A stretch of DNA of 44,471 nt from an uncultured archaeon (lineage in GTDB: Archaea; Aenigmatarchaeota; Aenigmatarchaeia; QMZP01): the NCBI GenBank assembly GCA_964501515.1, contig CAZCSS010000002.1, forward strand, positions 1 to 44,471. Direction: 5' to 3'. Within the stretch, counting starts at the first letter, position 1, and each line of letters starts with the position of its first letter. The position numbers were made by a program, and so were the translations under genes. Of the stretch, positions 1 to 9,681 are shown one piece after another. Under the pieces are notes generated by a model, which searched no databases, was not told the DNA's origin, and was given only the letters and a program-made list of their open reading frames with translations.

Positions 1-1628
1 GGCTCGAACGAGTCTTTCACTGCGTTTTCCACAGAGGCTATTCTGGTGTTCATGTCCTCTATGAAATTGTTGTATTTTCTTATCCTTTCCTCAACCTCCT
101 CTGCCTTCAGGCTGCTCTGGTTTTTTATGTTCTGCACGGTCTGGTTAAGGGAGTCTATCTTTTTGCTGAGATTGTCGAAATGGGAGTTTATCTCATTGAG
201 CCTGTCTGATACAGCATCCGGGACCGCTCTGGCGGCTTCGTCTTTTTTAAAGTGCCTAAAACCTTCTTTCTCAAGGACCTTAATTATGTCATCATCTGAG
301 GGGATTTCCTTTTCAGCTGCATTAATATCCTCCTCCAGGGAGGCAATCCTGGACTTCATGTCGCCCAGCTGCTGTTCCACTATCTGCTTTAGTTTCTCCT
401 CTGAAATCCCTGCAGCCTGCTGCTGGACAGATTTCATGTCATCCCGGAGCCGGGCCAGTTCTTTCTCAAGGGAATGAACCCTGTCCAGTTCCCTCTTTTC
501 CAGCCCGGGCTTTCCTGTGGCCATGGATTCAAGCCCGGCAATCCTCTCAGACAATTCCCTGAGGCCTGAACTGGTTTCCTGAATCTGCGAAAGGAGTCCG
601 CTTTTTTCTGCATCAGCGCTCCTCAGGGATTCCTCAAGGGACTCTATTCTCGAGAAAAGGTTGTTTATGCTTCCCTTTATGGAGCCTGTCTTCCTGTTCA
701 TGGCCTCGAGTATGCTCATCCTGAGATCGTCAGGTGCCTTCTCAAAGGATGCGAGCCTGGCCTCGAGTCTTTCCAGTCTGGCCTCAAGGGAGTCCAGCTT
801 TGCAGGGTCTTCCTGCTTCTTCCTTATATCCTCGACAAGGAGATTCAGGTTCTTCAGTTTGTCTTCAAGGTCCTGCCTGAGCTCATTCACCATATCCTCG
901 GGCGAATGTTCCCTGATGTTCTGAATCATAAGGTCAAGCCTCTGCTTCTCGGCTTTCAGCCTGTCCCTTATCATGCCCTCTATGTCAGGCTCCTGCCTGA
1001 ACTCAATGTCGTCAATCCTCTTGGCAATCTTCTCTATTTCGGTGTGGAACCTTTCTTTGTCCACAAGCTCTCCTGCGAGGGAGTTCACGCTTTCCCTTAT
1101 CTGGTCTATCTCCTTCTTCAGGACATTTCTCACCACATCCTCTATTGTCTGGTTGCCAAAGTCAAGCCCGTCTATCCTGGCATTGGTCTTTTCAATCATC
1201 TCCCTGAGCCTGCGAATCTCCATGGTGTCCTTTCTGACAGAGCCTATGTTTGCATACACATCAGCCAGCTCTCCCTTGAGGATTTCCTCCACTATCCTCT
1301 CTATGCCTGCATGCTTTTCAAAATCAAGTTCGTCAAGCTTTTCGTCAATTCTCTGGAATTTTCTGTGCACATCCTTGCTGAACCTGGCAAGCTCCTTTGA
1401 CATGGATGAAACCTGCCTGTGATCAGGCAGGGACTCGAGCTTCTTCACCCTCTCGCTGACTCTGGCCTCTGCATTCCTAAGCGCAATCTCCAGGTTCTTT
1501 ATGTTCTCTGCGTTTTTCTCCACAAGGGCCATCACATCCCTGGCCAGGAAGTCGTACCCCATTCTCCATTTCTCTTCATCTGTCTTGAGCCTCAGTATGG
1601 CCTCCTCTATCTTCTGGTACGTGCTCAT
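1..1628 (-). CDS. Coiled-coil protein, 3' end cut by window edge (at least 542 codons visible)
   Basis: Absent from the ORF track because there is no stop inside the window. The ATG is the reverse complement of cat at 1626..1628, 2 nt after the TGA (1631..1633) of the upstream gene. My manual minus-strand translation reads MSTYQKIEEAILRLKTDEEKWRMGYDFLARDV...NTRIASVENAVKDSFE with no stop down to base 1. Composition is E/K/L/R/S/I-rich and heptad-like, as in its neighbours. The plus-strand S/L/F-rich ORFs (46..477, 661..924, 906..1400, 973..1422) are its antisense shadows. Confidence 0.75.
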   Translation of the reverse strand, partial: MSTYQKIEEAILRLKTDEEKWRMGYDFLARDVMALVEKNAENIKNLEIALRNAEARVSERVKKLESLPDHRQVSSMSKELARFSKDVHRKFQRIDEKLDELDFEKHAGIERIVEEILKGELADVYANIGSVRKDTMEIRRLREMIEKTNARIDGLDFGNQTIEDVVRNVLKKEIDQIRESVNSLAGELVDKERFHTEIEKIAKRIDDIEFRQEPDIEGMIRDRLKAEKQRLDLMIQNIREHSPEDMVNELRQDLEDKLKNLNLLVEDIRKKQEDPAKLDSLEARLERLEARLASFEKAPDDLRMSILEAMNRKTGSIKGSINNLFSRIESLEESLRSADAEKSGLLSQIQETSSGLRELSERIAGLESMATGKPGLEKRELDRVHSLEKELARLRDDMKSVQQQAAGISEEKLKQIVEQQLGDMKSRIASLEEDINAAEKEIPSDDDIIKVLEKEGFRHFKKDEAARAVPDAVSDRLNEINSHFDNLSKKIDSLNQTVQNIKNQSSLKAEEVEERIRKYNNFIEDMNTRIASVENAVKDSFE

Positions 1629-1630
1629 AT

Positions 1631-4600
1631 TCACTCCTTAAGGATCTTGTACAGCCTTTCCTGCTGTTTCTCATTCATCACGGCCATGTCCTTCATGAAC
1701 CTTGCAAACTCCTTCCTCATCCTGGCAAGCTCGGCGTTCATTATCTCGTCATTGAGTTTCATCCTGGCCTCGATCTGTTCCCTGAGCTGCTTCAATGAGC
1801 CAGCATCGCCTGTTTTCTGGGACTCAAGCTTGTCCAGGATTTCAGAAAGTATGGTGTCTGTCCTTTTTCTCAATTCAGAGAGTTTGGACTCAAACTGCCT
1901 TACAAGACCCTCAGAACGCCTCACCCTGGCCTTTATTTCCTCAGGGTCATAGCTCTTCTTTGAAAGGATTTCCGCCTGCTTTGCAATGCCTGAAACAGTA
2001 GCATACAGGTTGCTCTTCTCATTCTCCAGGCGGGCAATCCTGTTCCCCAGCTCCCTTATCTGGGAATTGAGGCTCTCCTCAAGCACAGCCTCCTTTGCCC
2101 CCAACTGTGTCCTGGAACTTTCTATCTTCTGCTCAAGGGTTTTCTGGTCCAGCATCCTGCCGCTTATCTCCTTCCTGAGGGAACTGATCGCAGAGTTCAT
2201 GCCGGATACCAGACCTTCGAATGATTCTATTCTCTTCTCAAGCTTCAGCCTCTCTGCCCTCATGCCTGCTATCTCGTCAAGCGCCTTTCTGGTGAAGCGG
2301 GAATCTGCTTCGCGGAATTTGGCTTCCAGCGCATCAGCCGCTGCCTTCACCCTGTTCTCCAGCCGGGGCTCTATCCTCTTTATCATTCCCTCGAGAACAC
2401 TGTCCTCGATGCCTGCCTTTCCTATCTTGCTGGAAAGCGAGTTTATCTCATTTTGGAGTTCTCTCTTTATGCTCCCTGTTATCTGCTTGTGGGACTTCAG
2501 GGCGCTCTCAAGGCTGGAGATTCTTGAGGAGAGGTTCTCTTGGGCAGTGATTATCTTGTTGCTGAAATCTGCATCAATGCTGTCCATCCTGTTAGCCAGG
2601 GAGCTTATGGTGCTTTCGAGTTCAGAGTCCTTTATTCCGGATATCTGGGCATCCTTTTTCAGTTCTGATATCCTTGACAGCGCGTTCTTGGTGGCGCTTT
2701 CGAGCGCGTTAATTCTTGATGATATATCCTGCTGCGCACTGGTCACTTTGCTGAGTTCATTCTCCATCCTTATCTGAACATCTGCATCATGCTCCTTCAG
2801 CTGCTTCTCAAACAGGTTTTGCTCGGATGTAACAAGGGAATCCAGTCTGTCGGAAAGGGATTTTATAGAGTTCCTGTCCTTTGAGAGGCCCAGTCTCATG
2901 CCCTGAATGGTATTTTTCATTTCTTCAAGGGACTTTGCAAACTCCTTGTTCAGGCTTTTATAATCCAAAAGCTTCTGCCTGATGTCCTGCTGGGAGAGCG
3001 CTATTCTGGAATCAAGCTTCTTCTCATCCAGCCTGGATTTCTGCACCTCGTTTTTTATCTCTTCTATCTTGTCTGAAAGCATTCTTTCAGTGATTTCAGC
3101 AGTTTCTATTCTCTTCAGCAGGCTGCTGGTTTGCTGGCCGACGGCATCGGAAAATTCCTTTTGCTTTCTCTCAAACTCTCTTCTTAGGGACTCGATGATG
3201 TTTTTCAGGTTTTTCTCGTTGAGGCTCCCTGCACTGGCTTTTCTGCCCAGTTCGGAAAGCCTGGAGTTCACAGAAACCATGGCCTTCTCAAAACTGTCAA
3301 GTCTTTTCTCCATGTCCGTCTGCAGCCTGCCTACATTGAATGCAATCTCAGAGTCTTTCCTGCTGGCAAAGTCCCTGAGAGAGTCTAGCTTGTCCTGAAT
3401 CTCCTTTCCTGTAAGCGTGCTTTCCCTTATTTGATTCTTGAAATTTTCAACATCCCTCTGGATGCCCTGAAAGAATGAGCGGGATTTCTGTATCTCATCT
3501 GCCATATCTTTCCTCAGAGCTTCCAGTTTGCTGTTAAAGAGTTTGTCGTCAAGCCGGTCAGACTGCATGGTTTTTTCAAGTTCGGACATTCTTTTCAGCA
3601 GGCCCTGCATGCCCGCATCCTGCTTTGCAACCCTGTCTTCAAGGGATTCAATTTCCTGCGCAAGCGCCCGGCTGCTGCCGGCAAGTTTGTTCTCAAAATC
3701 CTTCCCGAGCGAGTCTATCATTCCCTCGATATGTTTTTCAGTGAATCTCTCCTCCTGGAGGGCTTTCTCAAGACCCCCAAGTTTTTCAGACAGTTCCTTC
3801 AGGGCCTTCTGACCCTTCAGGAGTTCCATTTCCATCCCGCTCCTTGTCTGCTCTATCAGCATACGGTTCTCCTTCACAGACTTGTCTGTATCGTCCTTCA
3901 GTCTGGAGAGTCTTTCATCAAGGCGCCTGTCGGTTACTGAAAGCCTGTTATGCAGCGAGGTCTCGGCTGCCTTGATTCTGGTCTCAGATGATCTCAATGT
4001 GTCATTTATCTTCTTGTCCAGGCCGTCCCTGACAGACTTGAGCTGCATGTCAAGAAAACCCTTCATCTCAGAGAGTTCGGACTCTATTCTTTTCTCATCA
4101 ATGCCTGCTTTTTCCATCTCTCTGGCAAGGCCGGAAAAATCAGACTGCATCCTGTCTGCTGTCTTCTCAAGGGCATCCAGCCTGGAGGCAAGCTTCTGCT
4201 GGGATGCTTTGAGGGAGCTGCTCATGTCGAGCATCTTCTTGTCAGCCATTCTCGAGAAATCATTCAGCTTGCTGTCAAAAACATTCCCCTCGGCCTTTAT
4301 CAGCCCGTCCACCACATTCCTTACATCATCAATCCTCTGCCTGTTCTTGTCCTCTCTCTGCTTTGCAAAGGAGAGCTGCCTGCTGAATTCAGCAAGGTCG
4401 GAGCGGATTTTTGCTGCCATGTCAGCCAGGGTTTTCTCGAACCTCTTCATGTCCTCTTCGGCCTTGCCAATCCTTTCCTCCAGCTTGGAATCCCTTTTCC
4501 AGGATTCGTCCCTGATAGAGTCCACTGACTTTCTGATAGAGTCCTCTGCGGTCTTTATCATGGTCTCTGACGACAGTTTGAACTCATTCAGTTTTTCAGA

Positions 4601-5881
4601 GAGACGCTCCCCGTCTGCGCCTGCCTTCACTATCTTCTTGTCGAGGTTCTTGAGGCCGGAGGCAAACTCCTTTTTCACGTTCTCTAGCATCAGCCCGATT
4701 TTTGAGGCAAAATTCTCAGTATTGGCTATCCTGGTTTCAAGCTCCTTCCTGCTTTTCGAGAGCGCCTTCTCAGCATCTGAGCCTGCGCGGGCAGACTCCC
4801 TGAATGCATTTTCTATCTTTTTCTCAAGAATGTCCCTGGTGAGCTTCATGCTGTCTTCAAGGTGCTCCTTGATTTCCGAGAACCTGGACTCTATCCTCTT
4901 CTCATCAAGGCTGGCCTCTGCGAGTTTTTTGCTGAAATCCTTCATGGCAAACTCTGCCTGCTTTATGGCGTTCTCAGAGGCCGTCAGTCTCTTGTCAAGC
5001 CTGTTCAGGGATTCGCTCATCCTGGAGCAGGATTCCCTGTTCAGCTTCTCAGCATCCCTTGCGACTCTCTCTATGCCTTTCTCAAAAAACTCCTTATTCA
5101 GTTTGAGCTTGTCCTCAAGAAATGACCTGAACTCGGCAATGCTGCTCTCTGTGCGCTTCTCATCAACCCGGGTTTCTGCAAGAATCTTCCTGAACTCGGC
5201 AACAGCCTTTTCAAGTCTTTGGGAGAGGTTCTTTGAGTAGATTTCTGCGGATTCCAGCCTTGCCCTGAGGACTGTTTCTGACCTTTCCATGGATTTCTTC
5301 AGTTCCGTCAGGTCCTTCTCCAAGGCTGCTTTGTCCTCTTTCAGCCTCCTCTCTGCAGCGCTCCTGAACTCACTGAACTGCCTGCCGGCGGCGTCTTCAG
5401 CCCTTGCGAGTGCGGCCAGTTTTTTGTCCAGCTCTGCAACCCTTGCGCCCATTTCAGAAGCAATGCTTTTTGAGAGGGTTTCGTTGGCCGCTATCCTCTT
5501 GTTGACCTGCTCCAGCGTTGATTCGAGCCTCTGGAAGGAGACAGCATCTGACCTTTCCAGCCTCTTCACAATCTCTGAAATCCTTTCTTCAAGGCTGCTC
5601 TTCCACTCCCTGTTCGCTCTGGAAAATTTCTTCAGCTCTTCTGCAAGCTCCTGTATTCTTCCCTTCAGTGGGCCGGTTTCCTTTTCAGTGAAGTCCAGTA
5701 TCCTCTTTCCGGCTTCCTCGTACACGGCGTATGCCTCGTTCAGCTTCTGGGCCAGGTATTTTGACCTCTCCAGAAGAAGGTCCCTCTCCTTCTGCAGGCT
5801 CCTGATGGCCCTTTTGTGGTTTTCGCTCTCCCTTTTCAGCCTCATTATGCCGCTTCTCAGAGAGGACATCTCGCTGCTCAT
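1631..5881 (-). CDS. Giant coiled-coil protein, 1,416 aa, no TM segment, built from degenerate helical repeat units
   Basis: Uninterrupted 4.25-kb ORF. Its ATG overlaps the upstream stop in an ATGA (5878..5881). The sequence is almost entirely E/K/R/L/S/I/D. About 15 units open with a signature like h-D-E-K-x-h-E-S (VDEKRTESS, LDEKRIESR, IDEKRIESE, FTEKHIEGM, LNEKNLKNI, LDEKKLDSR, IEDSVLEGM, LDQKTLEQK). No hydrophobic stretch and no nucleotide-binding motif seen. Confidence 0.88.
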   Translation of the reverse strand: MSSEMSSLRSGIMRLKRESENHKRAIRSLQKERDLLLERSKYLAQKLNEAYAVYEEAGKRILDFTEKETGPLKGRIQELAEELKKFSRANREWKSSLEERISEIVKRLERSDAVSFQRLESTLEQVNKRIAANETLSKSIASEMGARVAELDKKLAALARAEDAAGRQFSEFRSAAERRLKEDKAALEKDLTELKKSMERSETVLRARLESAEIYSKNLSQRLEKAVAEFRKILAETRVDEKRTESSIAEFRSFLEDKLKLNKEFFEKGIERVARDAEKLNRESCSRMSESLNRLDKRLTASENAIKQAEFAMKDFSKKLAEASLDEKRIESRFSEIKEHLEDSMKLTRDILEKKIENAFRESARAGSDAEKALSKSRKELETRIANTENFASKIGLMLENVKKEFASGLKNLDKKIVKAGADGERLSEKLNEFKLSSETMIKTAEDSIRKSVDSIRDESWKRDSKLEERIGKAEEDMKRFEKTLADMAAKIRSDLAEFSRQLSFAKQREDKNRQRIDDVRNVVDGLIKAEGNVFDSKLNDFSRMADKKMLDMSSSLKASQQKLASRLDALEKTADRMQSDFSGLAREMEKAGIDEKRIESELSEMKGFLDMQLKSVRDGLDKKINDTLRSSETRIKAAETSLHNRLSVTDRRLDERLSRLKDDTDKSVKENRMLIEQTRSGMEMELLKGQKALKELSEKLGGLEKALQEERFTEKHIEGMIDSLGKDFENKLAGSSRALAQEIESLEDRVAKQDAGMQGLLKRMSELEKTMQSDRLDDKLFNSKLEALRKDMADEIQKSRSFFQGIQRDVENFKNQIRESTLTGKEIQDKLDSLRDFASRKDSEIAFNVGRLQTDMEKRLDSFEKAMVSVNSRLSELGRKASAGSLNEKNLKNIIESLRREFERKQKEFSDAVGQQTSSLLKRIETAEITERMLSDKIEEIKNEVQKSRLDEKKLDSRIALSQQDIRQKLLDYKSLNKEFAKSLEEMKNTIQGMRLGLSKDRNSIKSLSDRLDSLVTSEQNLFEKQLKEHDADVQIRMENELSKVTSAQQDISSRINALESATKNALSRISELKKDAQISGIKDSELESTISSLANRMDSIDADFSNKIITAQENLSSRISSLESALKSHKQITGSIKRELQNEINSLSSKIGKAGIEDSVLEGMIKRIEPRLENRVKAAADALEAKFREADSRFTRKALDEIAGMRAERLKLEKRIESFEGLVSGMNSAISSLRKEISGRMLDQKTLEQKIESSRTQLGAKEAVLEESLNSQIRELGNRIARLENEKSNLYATVSGIAKQAEILSKKSYDPEEIKARVRRSEGLVRQFESKLSELRKRTDTILSEILDKLESQKTGDAGSLKQLREQIEARMKLNDEIMNAELARMRKEFARFMKDMAVMNEKQQERLYKILKE

Positions 5882-8800
5882 TCCCTCAGCTCCTTAAGGA
5901 GTTCTGATATCCTTGACTTCTCCTTATTCAGCCTTTCCGTGAGCTCCTTTTTCTCCCTCTCATATTCCCTAGTGGCTGCCCTGTATTTCAGCCTGTCTGC
6001 CCTGATCTGCTCCTCAAGGGCCGACTGCTTTTCCTGCACGGCCTGCATCAGCTTCTCCAGACCGCTGACCTTCCCGGACAGCAGCTGGTTTTGCACAGTC
6101 TTTTCATGGAGCTCTTTCTCTCCTGCCTCGAGGTCTGAAACCCTTGTTTTGAGGGTCTCCATCTCTGATACGGATTTCTGCAGAAGGGACAGGTCCCTGT
6201 TAAGCCTGCTCATCTCTGACCTCTGGCTTGAGATGAAGGACTTGAGTTCCTCTTCTGTCTCGATTATTCTCCTTGAATCCTGCTCAAACCCTCTCAACTG
6301 GGATTTCAGTATATCAGACACCCTGGACTCCATGTCCTTCTTCAGGGCGTCGCTCTTTGCAGCCAGCGCCTGCAGCATCTTTCTCTCTATGTCTGTGAGT
6401 TTTTCTGTCTCGCCTGACAGCTGCTCCTTGAGGTTCTCCATCTCTGAGGCCAGTATGTCAGCCCTGGCGGCCAGGGCGTTCCTGTCCTCGATCAGGCCTG
6501 AAATCACCTTCTCCTGGGAATCCAGTTTTGCCGGAATGTTCTTCAGGGAACGGAAACTGTCAACAAGTCTGGAAAGGCCTGCCTCGCTCTTATCCTGCCT
6601 TCCCGCTAATTCCTTCAGAGAATTCTCTGCAGAAGCCGCGCTGCTCCTGAGGGAGGAAATCTCTGTGCGTGTTCCCTCAAGGGCCTTCTTCAGGGTTTTG
6701 ACATCAGCAGAGAGCCTTGCATCAATGCTGTTCAGTTTGTCACTGAACAGGTTTTTGAGGCTCTCCTGTGCGGACTTCATGACCTTCTCGTCCCCAAGGG
6801 ATTGCACTATCATTTCCCTCAAGCTGCCGCTCCTCTCCGACAGGTTCTTCAGAGCGTCTTCTGTTTTTTTCTCAACCCCCTCTATTCTGGCGGATATTGT
6901 CCTTATGGTCTGGATGAACTCATCATCTGAAACGTATTTTTCGCTGATTTTTGAGAAGTCTGTTTCCCTTCTTTCAATGGAATCAAGCCTCTTTCTTATT
7001 GAAGGAAGCTCGGATATTATCGAGCGCACGGAGTCAATTTCCTTCAGAACCTCCCTCAATTCAGCCTCCTTGGTCTTCAGGCTTTCTTCTATGACCGATA
7101 TCCTTCCTATCTGGCCCTTCAGGTCTTTCATGCTGCTTTTGGAGACCTCTGCCAGCCTTGCATTGAACATCTTTCTCATGTCAGCCAGTTCGGCCGAGAA
7201 GTTCCTGGCAAGCGACTGTTCCGCACTGGATATCCTGTCAGACTCGCTGGTAAGCCTGTTATTAAGGTCTTTTATCTCCTTTCCAAGGTCTTCTGTTCTC
7301 TTGTCTAAGGTGTCGCCTGACTCCATGAGTTTTATCAAAAGGTTTGAGTGCGACTCCGTCTTTTTGGAAAGTGGCTCTGTAATGGATTTAAGAGCCTTTA
7401 TCTCAGCGCCAGTGTCTGACTTCAGTTCCAGGAGTTTGGACTGCATGGCAGAGGTGCTGTTCCGGACAGAGAGCATGGCGGCGTCAATCTCCTTTCTTAT
7501 ATCATGAGTTATGCTCTTTGCAAGGCTGCTGATTGCTGAATCACCCTTCTCTGCTCTCTTCTCCAGCTCGGATATAAGGGATTCCGCCTTCCCTATTCTG
7601 GTATTATAATCCTTCAGTGCGGTTTGCAAAGAGGACTCTGCAGAAGACAGCCTCTCGGCTTCAGCGTAAACCTTTTCCTCAAGAACACCCATCCTTCCTG
7701 CAAGCTCGTCAGCCCTTTTGAAAAAGAGGTCCTTGGAATCAATCAGTTTGGAGAGGGCTGCAGTGTGCTCATCGATCCTTTTCGAGAACCTGTTAAGAGT
7801 CCTCTCGGCCAGTTTTAGGCCCTCCCTGAGGCTGTTCAGCCCGTCGGCCTGCCTTGCTATGTCCTTTTTTGCATTCTCTATGTCAGGAGTAATCTTCTTC
7901 TCTATTTCCTGCAGTCTGGTTTCTGCCCACCGCTTTATGCTCTCCGGGGCCTCCATCTCCTCTATCATTTTCCTGAGTCTGGTATCATGCTCCTCAAGGT
8001 CATTGGATTTCTGCTCAAAGAATGCCTGGTTTCTCTCAAGCTCCTGAAACCTTTTCTCGAAGAGGACAGTCACGATATCCTTCACATTGGACTCTATTGT
8101 GGCATAGTCAGACGCCTCTTTGAGGGACTGCATATCCCTGTTCATCTTTTCTGCCAGCTTGTCCATCTTCTTCTTTATGTTGTCCTTCAGAATCTGCAGC
8201 CCGTCCAGAAACTTGGCCTCCTCCTCGGCAAATCTCTTGTACAACCTGTCTTTCTCAAGCCTGAACTCATTAAGCGTGTCTCTCATCCTTGAGAGGTCTC
8301 TGATTTCTGACCTCAGGATGTTCACCTTTGAACTCAGTTCCTTCACAGCCCCACGGGTGTTCTTGAGGCTGGTCACCAGGGGGTCCAGCCTGTACCTGAA
8401 CTTCTTGTTGATAATGTCAGGGATGACCTCGTCAGTGAGTTCATCTGCATTGAACACAAGCCTTTTCAGGCGCTGAACATTCTCAGAGCCCAGCTTTTCA
8501 ACAAGCTCCTGATAGTTCTTCTCAAGCACAGGAAGTTTGTCCAGTTCTCTGACTCTGTCCTCAAGGTTCCCCAGACTGTAGTCCCATTTCTTTGAGAGTG
8601 TGTCTATGTTCTTTTTCAGAAAATCTATCTGCTTCTTCAGCTCAAGAAGTTCTTCGTGGAAATTGATTTCCTGGCCAAAGGAGGCCAGCCCGGTTGAGAC
8701 AGATGAGCCCTCCATGCTTGGGTGGGGAAGAGACATCTGTGCCATGGCACCCAGAACAGAGGGCTCTTCATGGCCTGCAGGAACGGGCTTCGGGGAACCC

Positions 8801-9681
8801 GCGGCGGGAAGCGATGAGGGTCTCATGGTTTCGGCAAGCGCAGCTATCCTGTCCAGGCCCTTGAGCTTTTCGGATATCTCATCAAATCTCGAGTCCACCA
8901 CCTTCTTTATCATGCTTGATATCTTCTTTGCATCGGCCCTGGGCTCTGATGCATCCTTCCCCTCCTTTGCCTCGGGGGATTCTGTTTTTTTCTCTTCGCC
9001 TGCCATACCTTCAACCTCCTTTTTGCCCCCTGCTCCGGCAGGGGCTGTCTTTTTTTCCAGCTTTTCTTCAAGTTTTTCTTCAAGCTCATCAAACTTCTGC
9101 TCAAATCTCGATACAAGCTTTTCATCAGCATCCCCGGATTCCCTGGAACCGGAAGGGGCGGGGGATTCCTCCTGCCTGGAGATTTGCTCTATTATTTTTG
9201 CAAGAGACTTTTTTTCATTCTCAAGACTTTCTATCAGGGACTTCTGCTCTTCGAGTTTTTTTCTCAGGTCTTCACTTTTTGCTGCAGATACCGGCCCGGG
9301 CTTTGAACCGGAAATGCGGGGCTTCTCATCCCCTTTCTTTTTTCCGGGCTTTGCGGACCCTTCTTGGGGGTGTCTTGTATCAGGTTTGGGCTTTTTGGTT
9401 GGTTCCTCTTTTTTCTCTTTCTCTTCGGAATCCGCGCCGGGTTTCTCTCCGGCATTTTCCTGCTTCTCAAGCTCTGTCACTTTTTTGTCAAAATCCTGGA
9501 ATCCCAGACCCATTTCTTGATTTTTTTGTTCCTCGTAATCAAGCTCCTTGGAAATCTCCTCTCCCCTTTCCATCAGGTCTGCTTTCTGGCCCTCAAGCAG
9601 GGAAGCCCTGGCTCTTAGGTTCTCCGCCTCCTTTTCGATGTCTTCTGCATCAGTCCTTTTCTTCCTGCCCATCTTAACCAC
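5878..9681 (-). CDS. Giant coiled-coil protein, 1,267 aa, with a roughly 330-aa E/K/P/G/S-rich low-complexity N-terminal region
   Basis: Uninterrupted 3.8-kb ORF. The track start at 9681 is GTG. An in-frame ATG at 9672 (MGRKKRTDAEDIEKE...) lies 1 nt after the TAA of the upstream small gene and is an equally good start. The N-terminal third is charged and Pro-rich (EKPGADSEEKEKKEEPTKKPKPDTRHPQEGSAKPGKKKGDEKP). The remainder is heptad-like helix with no TM and no Walker motifs. Confidence 0.87.
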   Translation of the reverse strand: MVKMGRKKRTDAEDIEKEAENLRARASLLEGQKADLMERGEEISKELDYEEQKNQEMGLGFQDFDKKVTELEKQENAGEKPGADSEEKEKKEEPTKKPKPDTRHPQEGSAKPGKKKGDEKPRISGSKPGPVSAAKSEDLRKKLEEQKSLIESLENEKKSLAKIIEQISRQEESPAPSGSRESGDADEKLVSRFEQKFDELEEKLEEKLEKKTAPAGAGGKKEVEGMAGEEKKTESPEAKEGKDASEPRADAKKISSMIKKVVDSRFDEISEKLKGLDRIAALAETMRPSSLPAAGSPKPVPAGHEEPSVLGAMAQMSLPHPSMEGSSVSTGLASFGQEINFHEELLELKKQIDFLKKNIDTLSKKWDYSLGNLEDRVRELDKLPVLEKNYQELVEKLGSENVQRLKRLVFNADELTDEVIPDIINKKFRYRLDPLVTSLKNTRGAVKELSSKVNILRSEIRDLSRMRDTLNEFRLEKDRLYKRFAEEEAKFLDGLQILKDNIKKKMDKLAEKMNRDMQSLKEASDYATIESNVKDIVTVLFEKRFQELERNQAFFEQKSNDLEEHDTRLRKMIEEMEAPESIKRWAETRLQEIEKKITPDIENAKKDIARQADGLNSLREGLKLAERTLNRFSKRIDEHTAALSKLIDSKDLFFKRADELAGRMGVLEEKVYAEAERLSSAESSLQTALKDYNTRIGKAESLISELEKRAEKGDSAISSLAKSITHDIRKEIDAAMLSVRNSTSAMQSKLLELKSDTGAEIKALKSITEPLSKKTESHSNLLIKLMESGDTLDKRTEDLGKEIKDLNNRLTSESDRISSAEQSLARNFSAELADMRKMFNARLAEVSKSSMKDLKGQIGRISVIEESLKTKEAELREVLKEIDSVRSIISELPSIRKRLDSIERRETDFSKISEKYVSDDEFIQTIRTISARIEGVEKKTEDALKNLSERSGSLREMIVQSLGDEKVMKSAQESLKNLFSDKLNSIDARLSADVKTLKKALEGTRTEISSLRSSAASAENSLKELAGRQDKSEAGLSRLVDSFRSLKNIPAKLDSQEKVISGLIEDRNALAARADILASEMENLKEQLSGETEKLTDIERKMLQALAAKSDALKKDMESRVSDILKSQLRGFEQDSRRIIETEEELKSFISSQRSEMSRLNRDLSLLQKSVSEMETLKTRVSDLEAGEKELHEKTVQNQLLSGKVSGLEKLMQAVQEKQSALEEQIRADRLKYRAATREYEREKKELTERLNKEKSRISELLKELRE

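Noticed and set aside
46-9677. Many long plus-strand ORFs across the coiled-coil genes (for example 5816..7507 at 563 aa, 3882..5240 at 452 aa, 8600..9520 at 306 aa, 1986..2777 at 263 aa, 5289..5897 at 202 aa).
   Set aside because: Their products are monotonous S/L/F/C-rich strings. That is the expected antisense translation of purine-rich E/K/R/L codons, which rarely create stops on the opposite strand. They overlap far longer and more coherent minus-strand ORFs and cross gene junctions, so they are shadow ORFs.
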